64,000 bases of DNA from Candidatus Nomurabacteria bacterium (GTDB lineage: Bacteria > Patescibacteriota > Saccharimonadia > Saccharimonadales > CAIOMD01): NCBI GenBank assembly GCA_020631975.1, contig JACKGO010000001.1:67409-131408 (forward strand). Direction: 5' to 3'. The stretch's first letter is position 1, and every line of letters starts with the position of its first letter. Below, piece after piece: positions 9,678 through 18,767 of the stretch. The notes beneath the pieces are model-generated. The model searched no databases. It saw nothing but the letters and a program-made list of their open reading frames with translations, and was not told the DNA's origin. A program made the position numbers and the translations under genes.

Positions 9678-10424
9678 ATGCCACCGAACAATCAAATGCC
9701 AACTGCACCAAACATTTTTGTGCCACCTGCTCCTGGGCAGGTACCAAACCCAATGTCACCGCAGTTGCCACCAGATCCTAAAACACCAGTTTGGCTTATT
9801 GTTGCTATGATAATTGCTACGTTGTTAGCTATTGTTTTTTTGGTGCTTACAGTGCTGTTTTATATGCAAATGTCAGATTACAAGAACAATAGTGATCAAA
9901 AATCTGCTGCTGCAGTAGAACAAGCAAAAGCAACGCAAGCAGAAGAACTGAAGTTACAATTTGCTGAACAAGAAAAAGAACCGCTTAAAAGTTACACTGC
10001 ACCTGGATCTGCCGCAAGCACTAAAATTGTGTACCCAAAAACATGGAGCTTATATGCCGTAGAAGGGCAAAATGGCAATAGTGTAGACGCTTTCTTTAAT
10101 CCGAATATCGTACCAGATACAACTAACAAGGGAAATGTTTATGCATTGCGTATGCAAGTGCTCGATAAGCCGTATGCTACGGTGGTAAAAGAATATGATG
10201 CACCAGCCAAAAAGGGTGAAGTACGTATTTCGCCCTATAAACCAGAACAAGTTAGCGCTGCCGAACAGGGTGTTCGTATAGACGGTGTTGTGCGCGATAA
10301 AGTAAGTGGCACCATGGTTATACTGCCCGTACGTGATAAAACTATCAAAATTTGGACAGAGACAGAAAATTACGTTAACGACTTTAATAATTTTGTGTTA
10401 AAAAACCTCGAATATAGTCCGTAA
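9678..10424 (+). CDS. Hypothetical membrane-anchored protein with Pro-rich N-terminus
   Basis: An AAGAGGG Shine-Dalgarno sequence lies before ATG 9678. There is one TM (WLIVAMIIATLLAIVFLVLTVLFYM) followed by an extracytoplasmic domain. No family was recognised. Confidence 0.5.
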   Translation: MPPNNQMPTAPNIFVPPAPGQVPNPMSPQLPPDPKTPVWLIVAMIIATLLAIVFLVLTVLFYMQMSDYKNNSDQKSAAAVEQAKATQAEELKLQFAEQEKEPLKSYTAPGSAASTKIVYPKTWSLYAVEGQNGNSVDAFFNPNIVPDTTNKGNVYALRMQVLDKPYATVVKEYDAPAKKGEVRISPYKPEQVSAAEQGVRIDGVVRDKVSGTMVILPVRDKTIKIWTETENYVNDFNNFVLKNLEYSP

Positions 10425-10501
10425 TTTCTGCTATACTTAGTACATAGTAACGGTGAAATCCATCTGGTGGAGACGGTTTAAGTAACCGAACGTAAGAGGG
10501 T

Positions 10502-11173
10502 ATGCAGATACAAACCAATACAACACACACCGCAACGCTTTTATATGAGCTTCAGCAATTGCTCATACAAATAAAAACATGCAATGAACTTGCCGATGAC
10601 ACGTCACAGGCAACAGTGGGTCGTCTATCGCAACACGGCTTACAATTGCTGCACTATGCATTATTTGCTATAGAATCTCAGCAGACAAAACTCAATTTTA
10701 CATCTTTGAGCGCAGGGGCTGCGATGCATGATGTTGTTGAAGAATTATTACCACTCGCTGCCTCTTATGGGGCGACTATTCACTTTGATGCATCGCCTAA
10801 CCTTGACCCTATTTATGCCAATGAAATGTCACTTAAAGGGAGTGTGTATGCACTACTGAGCGCTATGATAACAAGTAGTACCAATGGTGTTGCACCACAA
10901 ATTACCGTTGCGGTACAACAAACGAAACCTTCTGTGCAGCGCGTAGGGGTGTATTCTGGCACAACACCAATTAGCCTTGCAATGCTCCGCCAAACGAAGC
11001 AGCGTATCAGTCGCATGGATACAACTGGCTTGTCGCACAGAAGTGGGCTAGGCTTTATGATTTCGCAGCTGCTTGCAGAACGACTAGAAACTGCATACGC
11101 ATCTTTTGAACACAATCAACTGCCCGGTATTGGTTTTTATGTGCCAGAATCTGCTCAGCTGCAATTGCTATAA
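10502..11173 (+). CDS. Degenerate, soluble histidine-kinase-like protein (HATPase_c remnant, no canonical H-box)
   Basis: A G2-box-like segment (SGLGFMISQLLAERL) and a C-terminal GIGFYVPES are present. No HExxRxP H-box, no clear N-box Asn and no DxGxG were seen. Confidence 0.45.
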   Translation: MQIQTNTTHTATLLYELQQLLIQIKTCNELADDTSQATVGRLSQHGLQLLHYALFAIESQQTKLNFTSLSAGAAMHDVVEELLPLAASYGATIHFDASPNLDPIYANEMSLKGSVYALLSAMITSSTNGVAPQITVAVQQTKPSVQRVGVYSGTTPISLAMLRQTKQRISRMDTTGLSHRSGLGFMISQLLAERLETAYASFEHNQLPGIGFYVPESAQLQLL

Positions 11174-11176
11174 TCT

Positions 11177-11557
11177 ATGAAAATATTATGCATAGAACCA
11201 GATGTAGTACTGGCGAAAGCCTTTAAAATCGTCTTTACGCGGAACCACCACGATACCATAATGCTGTGTTTGGATCCGCAGGCTGCCATAGAACAAATCG
11301 ACACACAAAAACCAGATGCAATTGTTATGGAGCTACAACTTGCACCACTGAGTGGCCTAGCATTCTTGCACGAACTACGTAGTTATGAAGATTTTAGTGA
11401 TATTCCTGTGGTAGTGTATAGCAGTGTGCCACAGGAATCGTTTCAGGCAGATGCAGCGACGTGGCGGTCATTAGGCGTAAAAAAGTACTTTTATAAATCG
11501 ACAGATTCGCTACAAAAAGTGGCGCGTTTTATACATGGGGTTTTAGATGAAGCCTGA
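11177..11557 (+). CDS. Receiver-like domain with Glu at the phospho-acceptor position (pseudo-receiver)
   Basis: Receiver fold pattern KILCIEPD...DAIVMELQLAPLSG...VVVYSS...YFYKS. The canonical D of the DxxxP position reads E (IVMELQL). Confidence 0.55.
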   Translation: MKILCIEPDVVLAKAFKIVFTRNHHDTIMLCLDPQAAIEQIDTQKPDAIVMELQLAPLSGLAFLHELRSYEDFSDIPVVVYSSVPQESFQADAATWRSLGVKKYFYKSTDSLQKVARFIHGVLDEA

Positions 11558-12230
11558 AACTACACAAGCTATTGTGCTTACCAGAACAAACTATGGCGAA
11601 GCCGACAAAATTGTTACCAGTTTAACGAGCCATGGTAAAAAGATAAGTATTATTGCTAAGGGTGTACGTAAACCAAAGTCAAAACTTGTAGCTGGCACAG
11701 AACTTTTCTGTGTTGCTGATATATGTTTTGTACAAGGGAGGGGTAGCATGGCAACACTAACGAGTGCTCGCTTGCATTCACAACACACCAGGTTTTTACA
11801 TGATCTAAATAAAGTAAACCTTGCCTATGATGTTATAAAGGTGGTGAATAAACATACAGAAGACAGTGATGGGGAATATTATTTTGAAATTTTAAAACAA
11901 CTTTTTGCTGCTTTAGATAATACATCGAACGATATTGACCTAGTGCGAATATGGGCGTGGATGCAAATGCTACACGCAAGCGGTCATCAACTTCGCCTTG
12001 ACGTACAAGCTAACGGCGAACAGTACAAAGAAGAATCTGCTTACGATTTTGACGCAGACAGTGGTGGTTTTGTCATATCACCTAATGGTAATTTTGCTCC
12101 AACACACATAAAATTACTACGCATTGCCCAAACACAGCCACTGAGTGTATTGCAACGAGTTAACATGGCACCAACCTATGCCTATGAGCTAACGCCGGTT
12201 ATAAAGCAGTTTGTAGAAAACACCTATTAA
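11547..12230 (+). CDS. recO: DNA repair protein RecO
   Basis: N-terminal OB fold AIVLTRTNYGEADKIVTSLT..GKKISIIAKGVRKPKSKL; length 227 aa. Confidence 0.75.
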   Translation: MKPETTQAIVLTRTNYGEADKIVTSLTSHGKKISIIAKGVRKPKSKLVAGTELFCVADICFVQGRGSMATLTSARLHSQHTRFLHDLNKVNLAYDVIKVVNKHTEDSDGEYYFEILKQLFAALDNTSNDIDLVRIWAWMQMLHASGHQLRLDVQANGEQYKEESAYDFDADSGGFVISPNGNFAPTHIKLLRIAQTQPLSVLQRVNMAPTYAYELTPVIKQFVENTY

Positions 12231-12246
12231 TAGATATACTACCTGT

Positions 12247-12516
12247 ATGAGTTATAAGTTTAAAAGAATTAGTGAAACCAAACCTAACCAAATGCCAGAC
12301 GGTTTACCACGTACCATAAATAGGGTTTTAGGCAAATTCGGCATTTTTCTGGTAGATGATGAAAAACCGCAAATTTTAAATATTATGGCAGCATCAGAGA
12401 TTGGATGGGCTGTAGTAAGCTTTGGCAATCCCAAAACAGGTGAGATAACACATCAAATAGAAGTACCTCACGGATCACGAATGTCGCGTGATATTGAAGG
12501 TTCGCATGATGAATAA
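12247..12516 (+). CDS. Hypothetical protein (89 aa)
   Basis: ORF with a TATACT -10 element (12235-12240) 6 nt upstream of the ATG. No family was recognised. Confidence 0.4.
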   Translation: MSYKFKRISETKPNQMPDGLPRTINRVLGKFGIFLVDDEKPQILNIMAASEIGWAVVSFGNPKTGEITHQIEVPHGSRMSRDIEGSHDE

Positions 12517-13849
12517 AAATGAAGTACAGCTAGAAGATATTGTAAGTTTGGCCAAGCGCCGTGGCTTTGTGTTCCAGGCGAGTGAGATCTATGGCGGGCT
12601 AGCTGGGTTCTATGATTATGGCCCTTTAGGAACAGAGCTCGCTAATAAAATAAAACAAGAGTGGTGGAAAGCAGTCGTTACCAATAACGATAATATATTT
12701 GGCGTAGATGGTGCGATAATTCAAAACCCTAAGCTATGGGAAGCTAGTGGGCATGTTGCAGGCTTTACCGACCCATTGGTAGATTGCAAAAATTGTAACG
12801 CCCGGTTTAGGGCAGATCATTTAGCAGATACCGATTCTACTGATTTGCAAGAACTAACCTTGTTACTCAAAGATAAAAAATGCCCAAACTGTGGCAAAGC
12901 CACCCTAACCGAACCACGCACCTATAATATGATGATGAAAACCTACATAGGCCCAGTAGAAGATAGTTCGGCCGTGGCTTATTTACGGCCAGAAACCGCT
13001 GGCTCAATATTTACAAATTTTCAGAATGTGCGCGAAACAATGCGTGCCAAAATTCCATTTGGTATCGCACAAATAGGAAAAGCGTTTCGTAACGAAATTA
13101 GCCCACGTGATTTTATTTTTAGGGTGCGCGAGCTAGAACAAATGGAAATGCAGTTTTTTATTAATCCTCATGATCAAAAAGATAGCTATGAACAGTGGCG
13201 CAAGTTTGCTTGGGACTTTACAACAAACAAAATGGGAATTTCTGATAATAATGTAGCTTGGCACGAACACGGTGAAGACGAAAGAGCACATTATGCCGCG
13301 GCAGCACATGACATTTACTTTAATTTTCCGTTTGGTTTTAAAGAACTATGGGGCACGCATAATCGTACAGATTATGATTTAAGCAACCATGCACGGGTGA
13401 GTGGTAAAGATTTAAGCTACTTTGACGATGTAACTAAAGAACGTTACACACCATATGTTATTGAATCATCGGTAGGTGTGGGAAGAATGTTCTTAGCAGT
13501 TTTGGTTAATGCATACCAAGAAGATGAACAAAATGGTGAAAAACGCATATTCTTAAAGCTCGCAGAGCACCTAGCACCTTACAGGTTTGCAGTAAGCCCA
13601 CTATTGAAAAACAAGCCAGAACTTGTTGCTAAAGCTCGCGAGGTCTACGTGGCATTAAAAAAGAAGCACGGTAACGTAATGTGGGACGATAACGGTAATA
13701 TTGGTAAGCGCTACCGCCGCCAAGACGAAATCGGCACACCACATTGCATAGTGATAGATTTTGAAACATTAGAAAACGATACCGTTACAATACGCGACCG
13801 CGACACCACACAGCAAAACAGAGTTTCTATTAAAGAGCTTATAGAGTAA
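12506..13849 (+). CDS. glyQS: Glycine--tRNA ligase (alpha2 dimeric type)
   Basis: LAKRRGFVFQASEIYGGLAGFYDYGPLG, then class II motifs (YLRPETAGSIF, FRNEISPR, GVGRMF) and an anticodon-binding C-terminus. ATG 12506 was chosen as the start. Confidence 0.9.
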   Translation: MMNKNEVQLEDIVSLAKRRGFVFQASEIYGGLAGFYDYGPLGTELANKIKQEWWKAVVTNNDNIFGVDGAIIQNPKLWEASGHVAGFTDPLVDCKNCNARFRADHLADTDSTDLQELTLLLKDKKCPNCGKATLTEPRTYNMMMKTYIGPVEDSSAVAYLRPETAGSIFTNFQNVRETMRAKIPFGIAQIGKAFRNEISPRDFIFRVRELEQMEMQFFINPHDQKDSYEQWRKFAWDFTTNKMGISDNNVAWHEHGEDERAHYAAAAHDIYFNFPFGFKELWGTHNRTDYDLSNHARVSGKDLSYFDDVTKERYTPYVIESSVGVGRMFLAVLVNAYQEDEQNGEKRIFLKLAEHLAPYRFAVSPLLKNKPELVAKAREVYVALKKKHGNVMWDDNGNIGKRYRRQDEIGTPHCIVIDFETLENDTVTIRDRDTTQQNRVSIKELIE

Positions 13850-13865
13850 TCTTACTTATCTGATT

Positions 13866-13889
13866 GCAACTTTTACCGCTAAAAGTTGC
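13866..13889 (+). terminator. Hairpin after glyQS (GCAACTTTT-accgct-AAAAGTTGC)
   Basis: Perfect 9-bp stem 14 nt after the stop. The U-tract is weak (TT only). Confidence 0.45.
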
Positions 13890-14145
13890 TTAAAAAGCGC
13901 TGGGCGAACCTACAAAACATGTATATTTAGGAGTATTTCTTTCTTAAATTAACTAGCTTTCATCTTTGGCATCCAGAATATAATGTACTTTTTAGCTGGT
14001 AGAAAAAGTAAAAAATAACTGTTATTGCCAATAAAGTGTTATTAAGTAAACTATTAATTAACTAAAAATACACGTAGCTTTGCATGTGTGTATAAATTTC
14101 GGCTGTGCTAGGAGGTCTTTTATTACCCGTGGTACTATAGTAAAA

Positions 14146-14616
14146 ATGAATGTATTGCATAAAGACATTACGAAACGTATATACAAAGACGCTAAAGACG
14201 TATGGCTTATGCAGGTAGCAACTTCTACAGATAATCAACCATGGATTGCAAACGTATTTTTTGTTTTAGATACCAAAATGAATTTTTATTGGCTAAGTGT
14301 ACCGTACCGTAGACACAGCAGAGAGCTATCGCATAACAACAAAGCAGCGATTGCCGTTGCCATAAAAACCACGAAGCCTGTGATTGGCCTACAGGCAGAA
14401 GGTACGGTAGAAATTGTAAATGACATAGTGCTTATAGAAAAAATATTGCCAGAATATTCAAAAAAGTATAAGCAGGGCAAAGAATTTATAGCACTAGCAA
14501 AAAAAGGTAAAAATAAACATATGGTCTATAAATTCACACCAGAACTCTTGCAATTATTTGATGAAGCAAATTATACGTCAGAACAAAACCCTATAACGCT
14601 TTTTTTTGAAGAGTAA
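14146..14616 (+). CDS. Pyridoxamine-5'-phosphate-oxidase-like FMN-binding split-barrel protein
   Basis: Size and pattern are typical of the family (VWLMQVATS..DNQPWIANVFF...NFYWLS....H...L..N.KAAIAV). ATG 14146 follows TGgTACTAT. Confidence 0.5.
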   Translation: MNVLHKDITKRIYKDAKDVWLMQVATSTDNQPWIANVFFVLDTKMNFYWLSVPYRRHSRELSHNNKAAIAVAIKTTKPVIGLQAEGTVEIVNDIVLIEKILPEYSKKYKQGKEFIALAKKGKNKHMVYKFTPELLQLFDEANYTSEQNPITLFFEE

Positions 14617-14662
14617 TACGCATTACTTTACAAATGTATAAGTACTGTCCTAGAGTATAAAA

Positions 14663-15247
14663 ATGAATGCAATAAATAGAAATAATGAAAACATGCCATT
14701 TAGGGGCGAAGAACTATATGCTGTGGCTCATGAGGTTCATGGAGATTTGTATGAAGATATATTAGATAATATAGACCGTATGTTATGTACAGACACATCT
14801 CCTATTATGGTACGAACTTTCCACTTTCAAGACACAGGATCATACATGGGTCTTACGAATGAAAGATTTCTAGATACAGAGCAAGATGCGACGCTCGTGC
14901 ACGTAACACAAGCATTAACAATACATAAAGATACGCACAAACCACCAAGTAGCTATGCAGAAGAATATCACCTTAGAGTAGCAACACTAGTTGCTACTGC
15001 AACACACCCTATTGTGACTGACTACTATATAGAAAAACTTGCTAATGGTAGATATTTTGGTTCTATGCAGCGACATTGTTTAGGTACACTGCAACTAGCA
15101 ATTGATTTAGAAAATCCGCAACAGTATAACAAAGCAGAAGATATGACAGTTTATGACCTATTTGAACTTGACGAGGTGCTGGCTGCACATCTAAAAAGTG
15201 TACAGCAAGAATCTGAATATGCGCAGTTTGTAAAAAGTATAGAATAA
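14663..15247 (+). CDS. Hypothetical protein (194 aa)
   Basis: Long ORF in a coding-dense context. No family was recognised. Confidence 0.5.
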   Translation: MNAINRNNENMPFRGEELYAVAHEVHGDLYEDILDNIDRMLCTDTSPIMVRTFHFQDTGSYMGLTNERFLDTEQDATLVHVTQALTIHKDTHKPPSSYAEEYHLRVATLVATATHPIVTDYYIEKLANGRYFGSMQRHCLGTLQLAIDLENPQQYNKAEDMTVYDLFELDEVLAAHLKSVQQESEYAQFVKSIE

Positions 15248-15250
15248 CGT

Positions 15251-15955
15251 ATGTACAAAGAACTAGAAGCTGCATTACTTGCTCAAAAGAACCCCCAAGA
15301 CGCTGCTTTTTTGCAGCGCTTTTTTAAAACTGGGGCAGGTGAATACGGTGAAGGCGATAAGTTTTTGGGTGTACGGGTACCAAACGTACGTGCAGTTACA
15401 AAACAATACTACAAAGACCTAAGCATAAAAGATGTGGCTGAACTTTTAAAAAGTCCGTGGCATGAGGTCCGCTTAAGTGCGCTGGTAGCAATGACGCTAC
15501 AGTTCCCAAAGGCAGAACTATGTTATAAAACAGCATTGTATAAGCTGTACATTAAAAACATTGGCATAGGTATAAATAATTGGGATCTCGTAGACATAAG
15601 TTGCCCGCATATTGTTGGCGCGTATGTATTTAATACAGATACAGCAGCTTTACACGCATTAGCACGTGGTGGCTTATGGCAAAAGCGGGTAGCTGTTATT
15701 AGTACGTTTTATTTTTTGCGCAAAGGTATTGTAGAAGAGTCGCTCTATATATGTGAGCTACTGGTGGATGAAAAGCATGATTTGTTGCAAAAAGCCGTTG
15801 GTTGGTGCTTGCGTGAAATAGGCAAGATAGATGAGCCTGTCTTGCTGACATTTCTTGAACAACATGCCGCCACGATGCCGCGCACAATGCTAAGGTACTC
15901 ATTAGAAAAACTACCACAAGTACGTCGGTTGTATTACATGTCCTTAAAAAAATAA
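15251..15955 (+). CDS. DNA alkylation repair protein (AlkD-like HEAT-repeat family)
   Basis: FLQRFFKTGAGEYGEGDKFLGVRVPNVR and WCLREIGK are typical of the family; length 234 aa. Confidence 0.7.
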   Translation: MYKELEAALLAQKNPQDAAFLQRFFKTGAGEYGEGDKFLGVRVPNVRAVTKQYYKDLSIKDVAELLKSPWHEVRLSALVAMTLQFPKAELCYKTALYKLYIKNIGIGINNWDLVDISCPHIVGAYVFNTDTAALHALARGGLWQKRVAVISTFYFLRKGIVEESLYICELLVDEKHDLLQKAVGWCLREIGKIDEPVLLTFLEQHAATMPRTMLRYSLEKLPQVRRLYYMSLKK

Positions 15956-16006
15956 TTAACCCTAGTTTTTTTACCCATAGGGTATACTTATACGTAGTAG
16001 GTATAT

Positions 16007-16948
16007 ATGGTACAAAGTAATACAAATACAACAACTAATTGGCGGTTAATAGTCGGCGCAATAGTTTCTGTTATGGCGGTTGGTTTTGTGTATTTTCAAC
16101 GCGCTACTATAAAAAGATCAATAGAAGCACTGCAATCTGCAGACTGGGTTTATGTTGCCGTTGCTATTGCTGTATATTCAATAACTATTTTTGCAGCAGC
16201 AGCAGTAATATATAACTTACGACTCATTTATACGTTGCGCTACAAATATATCTTGCTCGTTCAAATAAGTACGTTATTTTTGGGTCGTATAACACCGGCA
16301 AGTGTTGGTGGCTTAGCAGCCATGGGCCGGTTGTTGTTTACACAAGGGCACACAGTTGTGCAGTCTGGTACAGTAGTTGGAGCCGGTGGTATCGCCACGT
16401 TTATAGGTAATGTCATACTTACGCTTGGGGCTTTATTGTTATCTTTAAATAACGTCAAACTTAACACAGTCAGTATCCCTAGCTTCATCATATATGTATT
16501 GGTTGCAATAGTTGTTGTGTCTGTTATTTTACTACTTATACCCGTTGTCCGTACCCGAATCGTGCACACGGTAAAAGATGTTGTAAATACCTTAAAAAGT
16601 TATAGCCACAGAAAGACATCTATTGTTGCAGCCATTTCTTTTGGGTCACTTGTTACACTGTGTTTTGCACTAACGCTGATGTTAGCAGCGAAATCATTAG
16701 GGGTAGAGTTAAGCCTTTTTGCAGCGATTATTACGGTTAGCCTTGGTAGTTTAGGAGTCGCCGTTACGCCCTTACCGGGGGGCGTTGTCGGAGCAGAAGC
16801 TGCACTCGCTGCTACAATGGTGCAATTTGGCGTAGCAAGCGATACAGCGCTGGCTATTGCATTTGTGTATAGATTTGTTATCTTTTGGCTACCGCTTATA
16901 CCCGGCTACATCGCCAGTCAATACGCACTTAAAAAACATCTGTTATAG
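16007..16948 (+). CDS. Polytopic membrane protein, UPF0104 / flippase-like family (paralog of 6726-7793)
   Basis: About 8 TMs with a PLPGGVVGAEAAL motif near the C-terminus. Confidence 0.6.
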   Translation: MVQSNTNTTTNWRLIVGAIVSVMAVGFVYFQRATIKRSIEALQSADWVYVAVAIAVYSITIFAAAAVIYNLRLIYTLRYKYILLVQISTLFLGRITPASVGGLAAMGRLLFTQGHTVVQSGTVVGAGGIATFIGNVILTLGALLLSLNNVKLNTVSIPSFIIYVLVAIVVVSVILLLIPVVRTRIVHTVKDVVNTLKSYSHRKTSIVAAISFGSLVTLCFALTLMLAAKSLGVELSLFAAIITVSLGSLGVAVTPLPGGVVGAEAALAATMVQFGVASDTALAIAFVYRFVIFWLPLIPGYIASQYALKKHLL

Positions 16949-17005
16949 CTTTTTGGTATGCGTTCGTTTTAGGATGCATTCATTGGTATAATGACGAGAG
17001 TATTT

Positions 17006-18301
17006 ATGAGAAAACGAAGAGTATTACCAATAGAGTCTGTTCATATAGATAAGCTTGTTCATGGTGGACAGGGTATGGGCATATTGGCAGACGGTCGCAA
17101 ATGTTTTGTATGGGGTGCCTTGCCAAACGAAGACGTACGAGTGCAACTTACCAAACGCAAAAAAGATTGGGCAGAAGGTGTTGTCGAAGAAATTATTACA
17201 GCCAGCAACGATAGAATACCGCCTAAAGAACCAGATATCTACTTGGCAACCAGTCCGTGGCAGATTTTACATTATAAAAAAGAGGCAATTGCCAAACAAG
17301 CTATTTTAGAAGAAACATTTGTGCGTGAAGGTGTTGATGTTAGTTGGCAGCCGTTTTACCAACAAGCCAACCCGTACCATTATCGTAATAAAATGGAATA
17401 TAACTTTTGGTACGATAACGATTCACAGCAGGTAAGTCTGGCACTGCATAAGCGTGGTAGCCACCAAAAAATTGCCGTTACTGGTAGCGCGCTTGCGTCG
17501 GAAACTATTAACAAGGCGGGTGCAGAACTCATTGCCTATATTAATGCACACGCCATACAGGCTCGGCCGCTAAAAAGCGTAATTATTCGTAGCACAGCAA
17601 CGGGCATATGTGGTGTCACGATATTTGTAAATGACAAAAATGTAGCAAAAATGTTTGATAATTATAAACCTGCTAACACTATTGTAGAAATTGTGTATTC
17701 AAATCCAAATAGCCCTGCAAGTATTTCTACAGAAGTAGTTACACCTGCCGAACAACAATTATCTGACACACTATTGGGTAATACTTTTTCCTATTCGGCC
17801 CGCTCTTTCTTTCAGGTAAATGTGCCAGTATATGAAAAATTGCTACAGATAGTTAAGGGTTTTGTGCAAAAAAATTCTTTGCTCCATATTTTAGATTTAT
17901 ATAGTGGAGTAGGGAGCCTAGGACTGAGCGTTTTGGGTAAGTCACAGCAACTCACAATGGTAGAAATTGATGACCTGTCTTGCGAGCTTGCACAGCAAAA
18001 CAGCCGCATAGTTAAAAACAGTGCGGTTGTTTTGGCAACTGCCGAAAATTCTTTGCACTATATAACAGGCCAAGAACTTGTGATTGTAGACCCGCCAAGA
18101 GCAGGCCTACATAAAGATGTAGTAGCGCGACTGATCGAAACCAAACCAGCCACTATTTTGTATGTGAGCTGCAACCCCAGCACACAAGCACGGGATGTGA
18201 AGGCACTTATTGAGGTTGGCTACACCATACACTATGCCCAAGGCTTTAACTTCTTCCCTAGAACACCACATATTGAATCATTTGTGGTACTAAATAGATA
18301 A
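17006..18301 (+). CDS. RumA/TrmA-type RNA (uracil-5)-methyltransferase with TRAM domain
   Basis: N-terminal TRAM-like segment (IDKLVHGGQGMG), SAM motif (LDLYSGVGSLGL), DPPRAG, and the catalytic Cys block YVSCNPSTQARD. Confidence 0.75.
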   Translation: MRKRRVLPIESVHIDKLVHGGQGMGILADGRKCFVWGALPNEDVRVQLTKRKKDWAEGVVEEIITASNDRIPPKEPDIYLATSPWQILHYKKEAIAKQAILEETFVREGVDVSWQPFYQQANPYHYRNKMEYNFWYDNDSQQVSLALHKRGSHQKIAVTGSALASETINKAGAELIAYINAHAIQARPLKSVIIRSTATGICGVTIFVNDKNVAKMFDNYKPANTIVEIVYSNPNSPASISTEVVTPAEQQLSDTLLGNTFSYSARSFFQVNVPVYEKLLQIVKGFVQKNSLLHILDLYSGVGSLGLSVLGKSQQLTMVEIDDLSCELAQQNSRIVKNSAVVLATAENSLHYITGQELVIVDPPRAGLHKDVVARLIETKPATILYVSCNPSTQARDVKALIEVGYTIHYAQGFNFFPRTPHIESFVVLNR

Positions 18302-18378
18302 TAATTGTTCGCTCTAGAGTCAGTGTTGTCTATACTATACCGAATATGCTATAATTAGTATGACCTGAAAGGGGTGAA

Positions 18379-18519
18379 ATGATGATGACTTTCATAGTTA
18401 TCACACTGTCTTTACTCGCACTCTACGCAGTGGCGCAGGCGTTCACTACGTCCTACAGTGAGCGTCGCCAGCAGGCGGCGGTTCACTACGCCGACCTGTA
18501 CCAAGTAGTAAAAAAGTAA
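18379..18519 (+). CDS. Possible 46-aa small membrane peptide (not in ORF track)
   Basis: AAAGGGG Shine-Dalgarno, then ATGATGATG, a hydrophobic N-terminus (MMMTFIVITLSLLALYAVAQA) and a charged tail. A TGcTATAAT lies at 18347-18355. The coding call is uncertain because a 10-nt repeat inside it falls in two different frames. Confidence 0.25.
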   Translation: MMMTFIVITLSLLALYAVAQAFTTSYSERRQQAAVHYADLYQVVKK

Positions 18520-18767
18520 AAACACATCGTGGAGCGGGCAGTACAACACGTGTATTGCCCCTCCACCCGAACACATCTTTTGGTTTGGCGACAACCGCGG
18601 CTCTTAATACTAGTAGCCAGGTTCTCGCCGCTTGTGACCGCACACAGATAGGCAACTAAAATTCTTTACCAAGAATATGCCCGGTGCGGTTTTTTTCATA
18701 GCATTTTATTTGCATCAAACCAATAGTGCTACCACGGCTAAGTTGTTTAGATGTATACTATACGGTA

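Noticed and set aside
18412-18655. Two overlapping minus-strand ORFs (60 and 69 aa) in the GC-rich island.
   Set aside because: They overlap each other in different frames, lack start-site signals and have Arg/Cys/Pro-rich translations typical of GC-rich non-coding sequence.
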